DNA of 51,793 bases, from NCBI GenBank assembly GCA_963693365.1, contig CAVNZM010000003.1, forward strand, positions 12,576,310 to 12,628,102, read 5' to 3'. Made by a program: the position numbers and the translations under genes. Positions within the stretch are counted from its first letter, which is position 1; the number at the start of each line of letters is the position of its first letter. Origin of the DNA: Amoebidium appalachense (taxonomy: Eukaryota; Protista; Ichthyosporea). A model generated the notes under the pieces. It did not search any database. It saw only the letters and a program-made list of their open reading frames with translations, and was not told where the DNA came from. Positions 19,445-31,299 of the stretch are shown one piece after another.

Positions 19445-20642
19445 TCAGTACATCTCATGCTCATACTGGTCAAACTCTTCCTGGTCAAGATCAATGAGGG
19501 GAATTTCTTCAGTTTGTTTATGTTTGGGTTCAGGTTTGCGGTCATACACGACCGACTCACGATCAGACGCAGATTCGTCATCTGTCATATCATCGAGTAC
19601 CTGATTTGCCCGTCGTTTGAGCCGCTTGGTTGAATGCTTCATCTGAGTCCCAATCACATTGATCATGGACGCGTTTGGCGGGTGAGGCAGGTGAAGAGAC
19701 AGACTCATTACCACCTGTGTATGCCTTCAAGTTCTTCTCCCGTCGCAGAATCTTCCTTCGGATGCTTTTTATGGTGTTTTGGGCTGCACACACAGCAGCA
19801 ATGGCCAGGCCCTCCGCCATTTCATCTTCAGCCGCCTTTGCCTCTTTGACACGCTCTCGAGCATTCTGGAGCTCCCCCCTCACACTAGTTAGCTGTGCAT
19901 CGAGGTCCATCGTATGGTCATGCAACGAAGTCTCAGGTGTTTTGGTGTGCTTGGGCCTGGGCTTAGCGGCAGGGGTGGTCTTGGCAGGAGTGGTCTTGGT
20001 GGTAGGGGTGGTCTTGGCAGGAGTGGTCTTGGTGGTAGGGGTGGTCTTGGCAGGAGTGGTCTTGGTGGTAGGGGTGGTCTTGGCAGGAGTGGTCTTGGCG
20101 GCAGGGGTGGGGGCAGTCACAGGGGCGGTCTTTGCGACAGGGGTGGGGGCAGTCACAGGGGTGGTCTTGGCGGCAGGGGTGGGGGCAGTCACAGGGGCGG
20201 TCTTTGCGACAGGGGTGGGGGCAGTCACAGGGGTGGTCTTTGCGGCAGGGGTGGGGGCAGTCACAGTGGTGGTGTTGGCGGCAGGGGTGGGGTCAGCAGT
20301 CACAGTGGTGGTGTTGGCGGCAATGGTAGTCTTGCGAGGGCCACTGAAAATGTAGTTTTCATAGGCCACCTGGCCATCCCGACGGGGTGCTGCAGCCCGT
20401 TGCAGGCTGGCAAGCTCGGCCTGCAGGGTCTTGATCTGCTCTTCGGCTGCCCTCAGTCGTGCCTCTACATCAGAGGGCTGGGGTTGGGGGGGTCGGGGCG
20501 TACGCGCAGCATTCTCATTGGTCACTTGACTGCGGAGGCTGATGAGGTCGGTGTGCAGGGCCGTTAAGCGGGACGAATGGTCCGTGTACAGAAAATCAAA
20601 GCGCTTCTGCAGCTGTTGAAGCTCCTCTTTCAAAGAATCCAT
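19445..20642 (-). CDS. Coiled-coil protein with Thr/Pro/Ala/Lys repeat stalk (acidic tail possibly in a shifted frame)
   Basis: 350-aa ORF 19590-20642 with KTTPVTAPTPAA / KTTPAKTTPT repeats; minus-strand TATA at ~20740-20746; the overlapping ORF 19445-19714 supplies an acidic tail. Confidence 0.55.
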
Positions 20643-20854
20643 GTTTCGTGTGAGTGTTTGAAAAACAAGTTTGTTGTGTGTCGCCTTTTACTATTGAGTG
20701 TCAGTGTTGAAATGAGTGAATGTGACCGTGTGTGCTGCTTTTATATGCCACGGTACAAAGCAGCTTACAGCAATGGTGCCAAGGCTCAATGGGATAGATC
20801 TCTCCAATCAACGGTCATTGTCACTCAAACGGCCTTGATGGTTGGCAAAGTATC

Positions 20855-21814
20855 ACGTCTAAGCTTGATGAAAACAAACCCGTGGCTGCTAACCATTGGC
20901 CGGGTATAGATCTAACCAAAAAAGGAAGGCACAACAAATTGGTGCCTGCACACGGAGCATGCCTATAGGCTGTTTAGACACCACACGTGTAGGGCGCTGC
21001 CTCTTGGCACCAACCAGAAGAGGGTAGAAATTGGTGCCTGGACACGGAGCATGCCTATAGGCTGTTTAGACACCACACGTGTAGGGCGCTGCCTCTTGGC
21101 ACCAACCAGAAGAGGGTAGAAATTGGTGCCTGCACACGCAGCATGCCTATAGGCTGTTTAGACACCACACGTGTAGGGCGCTGCCTCTTGGCACCAACCA
21201 GAAGAGGGTAGAAATTGGTGCCTGCACACGGAGCATGCCTATAGGCTGTTTAGACACCACACGTGTAGGGCGCTGCCTCTTGGCACCAACCAGAAGAGGG
21301 TAGAAATTAGTGCCTGCACACGCAGCATGCCTATAGGCTGTTTAGACACCACACGTGTAGGGCGCTGCCTCTTGGCACCAACCAGAAGAGGGTAGAAATT
21401 GGTGCCTGCACACGGAGCATGCCTATAGGCTGTTTAGACACCACACGTGTAGGGCGCTGCCTCTTGGCACCAACCAGAAGAGGGTAGAAATTGGTGCCTG
21501 CACACGGAGCATGCCTATAGGCTGTTTAGACACCACACGTGTAGGGCGCTGCCTCTTGGCACCAACCAGAAGAGGTAGAAATTGGTGCCTGCACACGGAG
21601 CATGCCTATAGGCTGTTTAGACACCACACGTGTAGGGCGCTGCCTCTTGGCACCAACCAGAAGAGGTAGAAATTGGTGCCTGCACACGGAGCATGCCTAT
21701 AGGCTGTTTAGACACCACACGTGTAGGGCGCTGCCTCTTGGCACCAACCAGAAGAGGTAGAAATTGGTGCCTGCACACGGAGCATGCCTATAGGCTGTTT
21801 AGACACCACACGTG
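20855..21814. repeat. Right arm of long inverted repeat with ~9.5 tandem 91-92-bp units
   Basis: gcctataggc at 20961, 21053, 21145, 21237, 21329, 21421, 21513, 21604, 21695 and 21786; reverse complement of 13553-13855. Confidence 0.95.
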
Positions 21815-21889
21815 TTGTGGCTTCTGCCTTTATCACCCACACAGCCGCATGGTGCCAACATACACTATCCTCCCCGTGAGTGGCATGCC

Positions 21890-22225
21890 AGCCCCCCTGC
21901 CCCCCTGCTCCCCTGCTCCCCTGCTCCCCTGCTCCCCTGCTCCCCTGCCCCAGTGTGACCATGGCCATGTGCACACCCACACACTGAGTGGCTCCCCTGC
22001 TCCCCTGCCTCCCGGAACCAGGCCCCAGCGAGTGCTCACGTGCCCCCCCCTGCTCCCCTGCTCCCCTGCCTCCCGGAACCACGCCCCGGCGCAGTGGCAG
22101 CTATTTTTAGATATAGAGATTCCATGGCCACATGGCCAGATGGCCAGATCATTTTGGCTCCCGTTTTATCCCGTTTTATCCACCTTTTTTACACACTGAA
22201 TTTGACCTGGCCATCTGGCCATCTG
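21890..22225. repeat. CTCCCCTG 8-mer runs followed by a TGGCCA(GA) motif cluster
   Basis: Tandem ctcccctg; then tggccacatggccagatggccaga, a T-rich spacer, and the inverted ctggccatctggccatctgg. Confidence 0.7.
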
Positions 22226-23071
22226 GGTATAGACCGTTTTCTGTTCTAATATTGGAGAACTGTCTGATAGTGATAGAAAATGTCATTCGAAGAACAATCG
22301 GGAAACCCCGTGATGTGACAACCAATCAGAATGAAGCAACGGTTACACTCAAATTGATGCCTGACGCATCAACCAATTAAATAAAACATGAACTGATCCC
22401 CAGAGACTCGGGTCACGGGTGTTGCGGCTGCCGCAGTGATGATGGCGGGTCCTGCGCATGCTCGCAACAACTGCAATATTAGTAAGCTTCCCTCACGTCT
22501 GGCGCTCCCCATAAATTTGTTTGAAAAATGCACCTCAAACTGTATGCTTTTTTCTTAAATAACGTTAATCCGGGCCCGAACATGGAACATCTTGGAAGAC
22601 AAGGCTTAGACGCCTTTGAAATCCTTTAGTTTGCGGGGAAAGGTATCGTGCCAATCAAAGCCGCGCTATGATTTGCACTTCTGTACAACAGGCCCCACAC
22701 AACGGCACAGTTTGAACATGAACATACAACAAACATGCTTAGTAGGTGTTAGTGTGCTAGCACCAGTTACATATAGATTCATCAGCATGAAAAACCATGA
22801 TTTGTGAACTGTTACACTGTAAACATATCACATATGCATGCACACACTACTACAACGGTTCGAAAAATTTGCTATTGACGATTTTAAGGGACCCTTAACA
22901 GCAAGCTCCTGCTGATTAACTCAAGCCTAGCTCTTTCTAAAATTTCTTCGCTTAAAGGTGTCTGGATACAAGGAGGCAAGAACACCTTGAAATTCGAAGC
23001 AGTGCACATGCATTTGATCTAACTAATAATCAGTAACAAGGCCCAATCTGAACTTGAACATTCTCTCTGGA

Positions 23072-24082
23072 ATGGCCGCTGCTGACAACACTACCACGCA
23101 GCTCCCCCTGAGACGTGCCTCAACAACCCCAACCGTGCATGCTAGCTATCATGAACTTTCAGACGAGTGGTTCGAAACACCACCAGCACATCACTGTGAC
23201 ACAAACAGACACTACTCCAGCACCACCCACCTCAGCTTAGGAAGGCCGCCCGTGTCACTGAAATCTGTTAGTCCAGAGCCATCCAAAATGATGAATTCTA
23301 CCAAACAAACGTATGCGTATAAGCCGAAGAATTTCACCACGTGCGGGGGATTTATGAGCTCTGCGGCGAGCAGCAGTAACAATATTAGTGTTATGTCTCT
23401 GGAAGAGGCCCTATATGACACAGACCCTGCAACCGCTGCAAACGCAAACACGCAAATAGTTTCCATGTGCCAGATTTTGGAGGACCAGGTGCCAAACAGG
23501 TTAAGGCGCATGATGAACGGCAAGGAGAGGAACGGACGTGGGTTTGTGGGTTATTTGGTGAGGCATTACGTAGATGAAAACTATGAATTTTTCAGAGAAA
23601 TCGACGAGTTTTTAAGTGACTACTGTGCTGGAAAAGGAACAGTACAACGTGCAGAGGTAGGAGCATTGTGCATGCAGTGACTCGATTTGTTGTATGTATG
23701 CAGGGAACCTTATGCATCTCTTCACCTCAAAGTATCATAATTAAACCTGTTGCTGCTTCTGCTGCTGCTGTGTGTGTGTGTGTGTGTGTGTGTACATGCA
23801 TCATGAGGAGCCTCCCCCCTCCCCTCCCCCCCCCCCCCCCCCCACCCCACACACACACACACTGACACACACATGTACACACACACCTCCCCGCGCGTGC
23901 GTGTTTGTGCATGGTTTGCACATGTGTGGGTGAGTGCTTTGGTGCATGTGTGAGTATGCACGCCCGTGCGTGCGTGCACAAGCAAGCCTGCGTGCGTGTG
24001 GGCGACTTAGAGCAAGAATGCGCACATAACACTGTGTGTATGTGTTGCTGGTGTGTGTGTTTGGGGGGAGAGAGGGGGGGGG

Positions 24083-24149
<67 letters not shown>

Positions 24150-24348
24150 GTGTATGTGTGTGTGAAACCCGCGCGCGTGTGCATGCTTTGCAAGTGTGCG
24201 TACATGCACAAGTGCAGGTGTTGTGTGGTCTGTGTGATTGTGCGCGCGCACGTGCGCCCAAGCTTCCGTGCACGTGTACATGTGTGTGCACGTGTGTGTG
24301 TGTATGTGTGTGCGCTTGTATGCATGTGCACATGCCTACATGTGTGTG

Positions 24349-24404
<56 letters not shown>

Positions 24405-24492
24405 CAATGATTTTCTGCGTGGATTATCTGGGTGTCTTGCCAAGAGTGTGCGTGTGTGTGTGTGTATGAGCCGCGCCGGGGGGAGTGGGGTT

Positions 24493-24526
<34 letters not shown>

Positions 24527-24753
24527 GAGAGGGGGGGAAGTACCGATGAAACAGGGCTAAGATGACTACCTAGAGACCCAAGAAACATCCGATTAAGCAA
24601 TTGTGCTGGGGAGAAGAAAAAGGCGGTAGCACCTCCAAAAGAAAAACCTCATTCAACGAGCCACATGTGCACACGTGCAAAGACACGCATACACACACGC
24701 GCACGCGTAGATGCATTCGGTGTCACACATCCACACATGCAGAAACACACACT

Positions 24754-24795
<42 letters not shown>

Positions 24796-25536
24796 CCCCT
24801 CCCGCTCCCCCCAAGTTGAATAACTCTCTCACTTGCTTTCCCTGCCTCCTCAGAGTCTTGCTCTGACAGTTTCTTCTCTCCAACCCCGTCTCTTGCTCTC
24901 TTACTCACTCGGCCGCAGCCTGGCGGCCTCATCAAAAGCAAGAGTAAGCAACCTAACAAAAGCAAGAATGAGTAACCTAACAGCCCCATCCTGTGTTTGT
25001 TCCTCCTACTGCAGGGCATCTACATGCGGTTCCTAAGCGTGAACACCGAATTCGACGTTAGCATATCCCCGGACCGCCGAAACCGTATCGAGCACCATCT
25101 CTACTTCTCCCCCCAGACACACAGCAACACCTACGGCAAGTCACGTGACCAGGTACATCTTGCAGATATCGCCGCCTCCCTCTGCAAAGCTCACAAGGAA
25201 ATGGCTGATTGGTTGGATGGAAAACTTCAAGAATATGTCGACACAATACTTAGAACATCGGCCGATGATGTTTCATTGGATAAAAGAGCATCAACGCATA
25301 GTTGCGGCGCAAACATAAATTATCACACGGTGGGTTCGGGATATGGAAACGCGGGGATGAAGGCTCGTACTATCGAAGATGTTGATGACAGGAAACAGAG
25401 TGGGAAGGTTAGAGCTAGTAAGGATGATATGTGGGAGATTAAAATGTCGTGGGCGTGGCCCGTGATATCCATCCCGCCAAAGAAGAACACGTCCCAAAAT
25501 AGTCTACCGATAGTCCAACCTAATGTAAGAGGGTGA
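23072..25536 (+). CDS. Host spliced gene of unknown function (exons 23072-23656, 24854-24943, 25015-25536)
   Basis: Three open exons joined in frame by GT-AG phase-0 introns; no recognised domain. Confidence 0.55.
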
Positions 25537-27044
25537 TTTTCAATTTGAAAGTTGTTATGTTGGAGGCCAGGTTATAACGTAAGACAGGTGTGCTCCTTCT
25601 TTTGTGATCACGGGTGCTGTTAAATGCATAGCTAAAAGTGTGGATAGGTACTTATGGGTGCACACATTGTTTTCTTACCGGCCTGAAGAGCAAAGAAATG
25701 GCATCATCTTCAATGTCAACTGTGCCAACGTCCCCTCCCCCCCCCCCCCCCCCTCCACCCCCTCCTCTCCCCCCCCCCCCTCCCCCCCACTCCCCCCTGT
25801 ACCCTTCTCCCACATTCACAAATATACATCCGTGACATCATGCTCACCCCACTGACCGGCCTGTTCAACCTTCACCAAGGGTTACGTAGCGATTTTGCAA
25901 CCCCCCCACAGCTCCCTTGGAACCCATGCGGCATGTTACCCGCCGGCGTAACATAACTCGGACTATCGGTTTGGCTTTTTTCAAGCCCAAAGCAATGGGT
26001 GATACCATATTTCCGGCTGACATCCGGGGGCATAGCTTTCCGTTCGAAGACGATAAAGTTCCGCCCTAGTAAGCGTGTTACTACCCTGCGGCGTGGGTCA
26101 AATCTCATATTTTCCCCTCTGATTACGAATTCTGTGGCCTTCGGGACTTAATTCTTTTCAGCTGGTGTAGTATGTTAGCCAGGGAAGTATCGACTTAGGT
26201 ATCGACGGGGGAGCTTCCTAGAAGCCCCGTCTCCTGAGTTCCTATCTATATTTTTCTTGCTTCTGCTTACTGCTGCAACTTTAACCCCCGGCCTTTCCCA
26301 CTGCCCTTGCCTGCATAAGCAACCCTGCTCGTCTCTGATCAAGACGGGTGACCTACTCATGTTCAAGTGAAACAGTATCTGAGTTGGGTTTCGTTAACGA
26401 GGGGAATAGGTCGAAACTCGGGTACTGTGGATGACGTGGGCCCCCCCTGAGGATGGGCTCTGCTTATTATGCATACTCTTTATGTATGGCTTGCATTCTG
26501 CATCGTGTTATCCGTTTGTTCTTGTGTACTTCGTACTTTTTGACGCATTCAAACCCCCCCCCCCCCCCCCCACACACACACACCCTCTTCGACATTCACC
26601 TTTTGCAGCACAAGGAGTTTACTGCTCTAATATTTCCTCTGCCGTCCTCCCCCCCCCCCCCCCCCCCATGCCCCGTCCCCCCCCCCCCCCCCCCCCCCCC
26701 AGGGGGTGCTCGTCACCGATTTTGTTACCCTCATCCTGCGTTAGTCTCATCGATATGAAAATCATTACCACATGGCCACGGAATATCCTAGGGTTATCAC
26801 CTGGTTTTCTGTGGTTGACGTCCTTCGAACTCGTCCTCTGAACTTGTTTGATACTGTGCTAGATTGAACCGTCAAATATGGTAAACTTGGGTCCCGATCT
26901 TCCGTTACTCCCCTCTACGATCACATCGAGAGGGACGAGAGGGAGAAAGAGATAGAGAGAGAGACACACACACAGAGAGAGAAAGATAGAGGGGAGGGGA
27001 GAGCGAGAGAGAGGGAGGGGGGAGGGAGGGAGGGGCAGAGAGAG

Positions 27045-27076
<32 letters not shown>

Positions 27077-27105
27077 GGGAGAGAGAGGGAGAGAGAGGGA
27101 GAGGA

Positions 27106-27182
<77 letters not shown>

Positions 27183-27249
27183 GTGTGGGGATTGGGCGTA
27201 GCGTGAAGGGGAAGAAGGGTTGAGCTGTAGATTTGAAGGCCTGTGAATA

Positions 27250-28299
27250 AGGCGACCCCACCACCAAGGAAGCTGCGTCTACCACCACAGCAGCTACGGC
27301 AGCTTCGGCCACAACCAAGGCGGCGGATGCCACTACCGCCGGAGCCTTGACAGCTGTGGCCACCACTAAGGAAGCTACGGCTACCGCTGCACCAGCTGTG
27401 GCCACCACCACGGGAGCTACGAAACCTGCAGCCACTACCGCCGGAGCTATGACAGCTGCGGCCACCATCCAGGAAGCTGCGGCCACCACCACAGCAGCTA
27501 CCGCTGTTTTCCAGCAAACCGCCACCACCGCCAACACGATTCCTGTGGAGACTGCCACTACTATGTATGTGCTGCCACTTCCGCGGCTGCCCAGCTTAAG
27601 GTCGTCACAAGGGCTGCCCGAGATGCTGACACCATGGCAACAGAGACAGCCCCGGTCGTTAGAGGTACGCACATACAACACCTGTACTACTCTGCCCTCC
27701 CAACATATGGTGGGCCCATATCATCCTGAGCTCCCCACCACCACACCACATCACACCCAGGTTTTCGAGTTAACAAGCAACTAAGCTGTCAACAGATTTC
27801 TGCATGCATGAATAGCCAGTTTGCCCCATCTCCACCCCCTCCCCCCCTCCCCCCCCCCTCCCCCCCCCCCCCCCCCCCCCTCCCTCCTGACCTGCCCTCT
27901 TCGCACCCTCGTCGCTCTGTATCTGGTTGGTTCAGTGAATGCTTCATGTTTTGTCAACTTCCCTGGGTGTCCCGTGAGTGCAACTAATTTTGTTAACATA
28001 GAGGCACTGCTGTGATGGCTTGGCTCTAACCTCGTTCTTTCCCTGCAGGGATTTGCATATTGGGAGCCTGGTCCGAGTATTCGGCATGTAGCAACCCCAT
28101 GCAGCGATACAATGGCGATTGGCCTGCAATCACGCACCCGATCGGTGACCACTATTCCAAATGCCCCTGTCCAGTGTGCAGAGAGCAGCATTGAGACCGT
28201 ACCCTGTCGATCCGTCCCCTGTGGTAGGTGACCCATTGTTTGTATTTTTTCGAATACCTCAAGGGGTTTTGAAAGCGTTCGTTTACTTTCTCATATTAA

Positions 28300-28344
<45 letters not shown>

Positions 28345-28796
28345 GCTATGCCCTTCTCGTAGCAAATCCCAGTGTTTGATTGTGTCGATATTGTCCGCTG
28401 TTAGGCGTTAGGAGAAAGAATGAAAACCTGGTAAAGCAGCCGAAGAAGGTATGTGCACGACTGTGGTGGCAGTTCTAATCGTGGATGTGACTTTGTGTTG
28501 TTTCATTTGGTGCCATTATTCCATCCTTCATAGAAAGATAGGGTTCGGGGACTTCACATGAAGTGTAAAGGTATGAATTTGTGGGGAGTGGCAAACCTAA
28601 AATCCATTAAAAAAAACGAATTCTTACACTTGTGCTTTTCCTGCAGCCCTTTGCAGCCCAACGGTCACCTGCAAGAATTCCAACTAGCAGTGCTCAGTCG
28701 AAGGAAAATGCCAGTGCAAGACAGGCTACACCGGGGCCGACTGCGGAACATGCGACTCGGGATATACCCGGACGGCTGAAAACCCGCAGTGCACAC
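27250..28796 (+). pseudogene. Mucin-like stalk + thrombospondin type-1 + laminin-type EGF adhesion-protein pseudogene
   Basis: Ala/Thr-rich exon ending ~27564. Exon 28049-28223 reads DCILGAWSEYSACSNPC..GLQSRTRSV..C..ETVPC..C after removing two +1 insertions. Exon 28647-28796 reads CSPTVTCKNSN*QCSVEGKCQCKTGYTGADCGTCDSGY with TAG at 28685. Confidence 0.7.
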
Positions 28797-29752
28797 GTAT
28801 AGAGGGTGGGGTGAGGCTTTACCGTACAAACCGTGTAAACAAACTGCAAAATGGTTGGCTCCAGTAGTGGTAGTATGCAATGTGCTGTCCCATAACTAGA
28901 TCATCCAAGTAAATAGAGCGATGAATATAAAGATCCACCATGTGTATGTGGCCTGGTGACTGTATAATGTTTAGCTTTCCCTGTCAAACGTTTTATTTGT
29001 AATTTGGTTGGTTTTATAAAGAGATTAAAAGCTAGCCCTATTATCTATGTATGTGCCTCGATTAGCTGAAGAGCCCACCTGAGCAGGCCAATAGAGCAAA
29101 TGGCACCACAATATTCTTTTGTGGTTGGCGTTTGCAGTAACTTTTAATTTAGAGTAGCCTAGAAGTCTTTAACTAGTGGTATGGCATCGTGATGTAAACA
29201 TTTAAAGCCTTTGGATGTGATGGTAAAAACCGGTGTCAAGTCATGTAATATAAACACTGTTAAATTCAAGGGGCCCACGGTTCCCATGTAATACCACAGC
29301 CTTTTGCTTTGCGACACATGCACTTGTATGCCATTGTGTTTCAAAGACCACCTTATTCATGATCAGATGCCCTAGAGCATGATGCTCTGACGCATGCAAT
29401 AACAAGTTTTATAATACACTCGATAGCCGAAAAGGGCACAAAGCCCATTATTTGTGCTGACCCCATTGTGTAAATGCGCTATCTCGTTCGTCAGATTGAC
29501 CCTCGCAGTCTCTCCTTCTCTCCCTTTCTTCCCTGCTTCCCCTGTGAATTTCATCAGGTCACACATACGTATACACTGAGACACACCGATAACTTGAAAC
29601 AAGTACTAGTGCGTGCACACACACACACACACACCATGGTGCGCACACGGTGACCCACACCCACACCCACAAGCACTGCACATCAGTGCAGATATACACA
29701 TATGCATATTGGGACATCTGCTCGTAGACGGAATCTCTCTCTCGCTATTTCT

Positions 29753-29805
<53 letters not shown>

Positions 29806-30643
29806 ACACACACACACCCCTCTCCTTGAACATGTTTGATCGATGGGGGCCCTGTGTGGAAGATGGGTGCACGGCAGTGAGGTTGGTGGGCATAAGAATT
29901 ACAAGAATGTAATTCAGGGAGTATGCTGTCCAGAACCATAATAAACATTCTTGAGTCGCCATGAACTAATAACAATACCCAGTATAGTATCCGGCCCTTA
30001 CTGGCAATCCGGGGCGTTGACGACGTCTATATAAGATTGTAACTGTTTTCTGACCATGGCCCAAATGACCTTTGAGGATTTAGTAATGGGCCAGGGGACG
30101 TGAGCACGCTGTCATGCAGCTCAAGGGGGAGTACATACTGCGCATGCATGGGAGATCTCGAGTGAGAGCCTGAATGGAAGGCTGAGCACGAAGTTCATGA
30201 AACAATGATTACATATGTGCCCGGGAGTCCAGGAGCTTGAGCATGGGAGGGGGGAGGGGGTGGGGGTGGGGAGGGGAGGGGAAGGGGAAGGGGAAGGGAG
30301 GAAGGGGGGGGGGAGGGGGGGGGGGGGGGGGGGGGGGAGGGGGAGGGAGGTAGCCTGAGGCCTAGGGGTCTCAGAGTCGAGCTCTAGTAGAACATTCTTC
30401 TTGTTCAGTTTCGAAGTCAGTTTCGATTCCCTGGCAGTTTCTTCGGGGTTTATCCTAGTTGACTCGAGCAGGCCTAGGCTTTCGTCCATCTTCTCTCGAT
30501 TTGTTGTGTTTTCTTCAGCTTACTTTTTGTTGACAACTTCTGATTCCTCATATATGCAGGTCATTAAACAGGCACGTAGGAGGCTAGCAGCGAGGCAACC
30601 AAATTAGCCGGTTGGGTTTGTTACTCCCACTATAGCTGTTGCG

Positions 30644-30677
<34 letters not shown>

Positions 30678-30732
30678 ACGGCAGGGGCGAGCGCGTGTTT
30701 TTAGTAAGAGTGTGTGTGTGTGTGTGTGGGCA

Positions 30733-30776
<44 letters not shown>

Positions 30777-31299
30777 GGTGTCTGTGCCAGGCGGGAGCGG
30801 AGGGGGGGGTGGGGTTGGGGGGGGGGGGGGGGGGGAGGGGGAGGCGCGGCTCCTTGGGGATGGGGTACATCAAATCATTCCCATTGACAAAGACCCCATC
30901 ATTTTCGATTGATATTTGCATTCGATTTTTCTTTTCTGCAGTTTCTTATCAAACCGTGTATATTAAGGGTTCTGAGGCGCCTCAAAATCATTCCAGTATG
31001 TGATTACATACTATCGTAAACCTAGCCTGGCTTTGGTTCCGCTAAATATCACACTATTCTGCAATAGAGCCAAAAATCCTTCAAACCCCCCTTCCTCCTC
31101 CTCCCCCCCTTCCAAACAAAATAATAACAATAACAATAATAATTAGATAAATAAAACAAAATAAAATACTGCGTAAAAAAAAATGAGCTGTGGCTCGTCA
31201 ATCATTTATTAATGTTGTAGCTGGTTGCCAATACGACTATATCATACCAGCATTCCAAATATAATTTTTTGACAAAATCCGACCAATCAAACGAAAGTC

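Larger units (their letters stand above)
1..22300. mobile_element. Endogenous viral-like / large mobile-element island (left end outside window, right boundary approximate)
   Basis: Dense intron-less ORFs of families common in Nucleocytoviricota and PLV-like elements (D5-like helicase, CxHG-repeat endonuclease, PD-(D/E)xK, IS607-Fanzor2, C2H2 fingers). Almost no (CA)n or poly-C tracts, unlike the DNA beyond ~23.7 kb. No capsid gene seen. Confidence 0.65.

Noticed and set aside
13553-21814. CRISPR-like array in the 93-bp, 116-bp, 21-bp or 13-bp repeats
   Set aside because: All are head-to-tail tandem repeats without unique spacers, and no cas genes are present.
25860-26400. Possible minus-strand exons (also 30350-30600)
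   Set aside because: No recognisable domain or consistent splice chain could be built.
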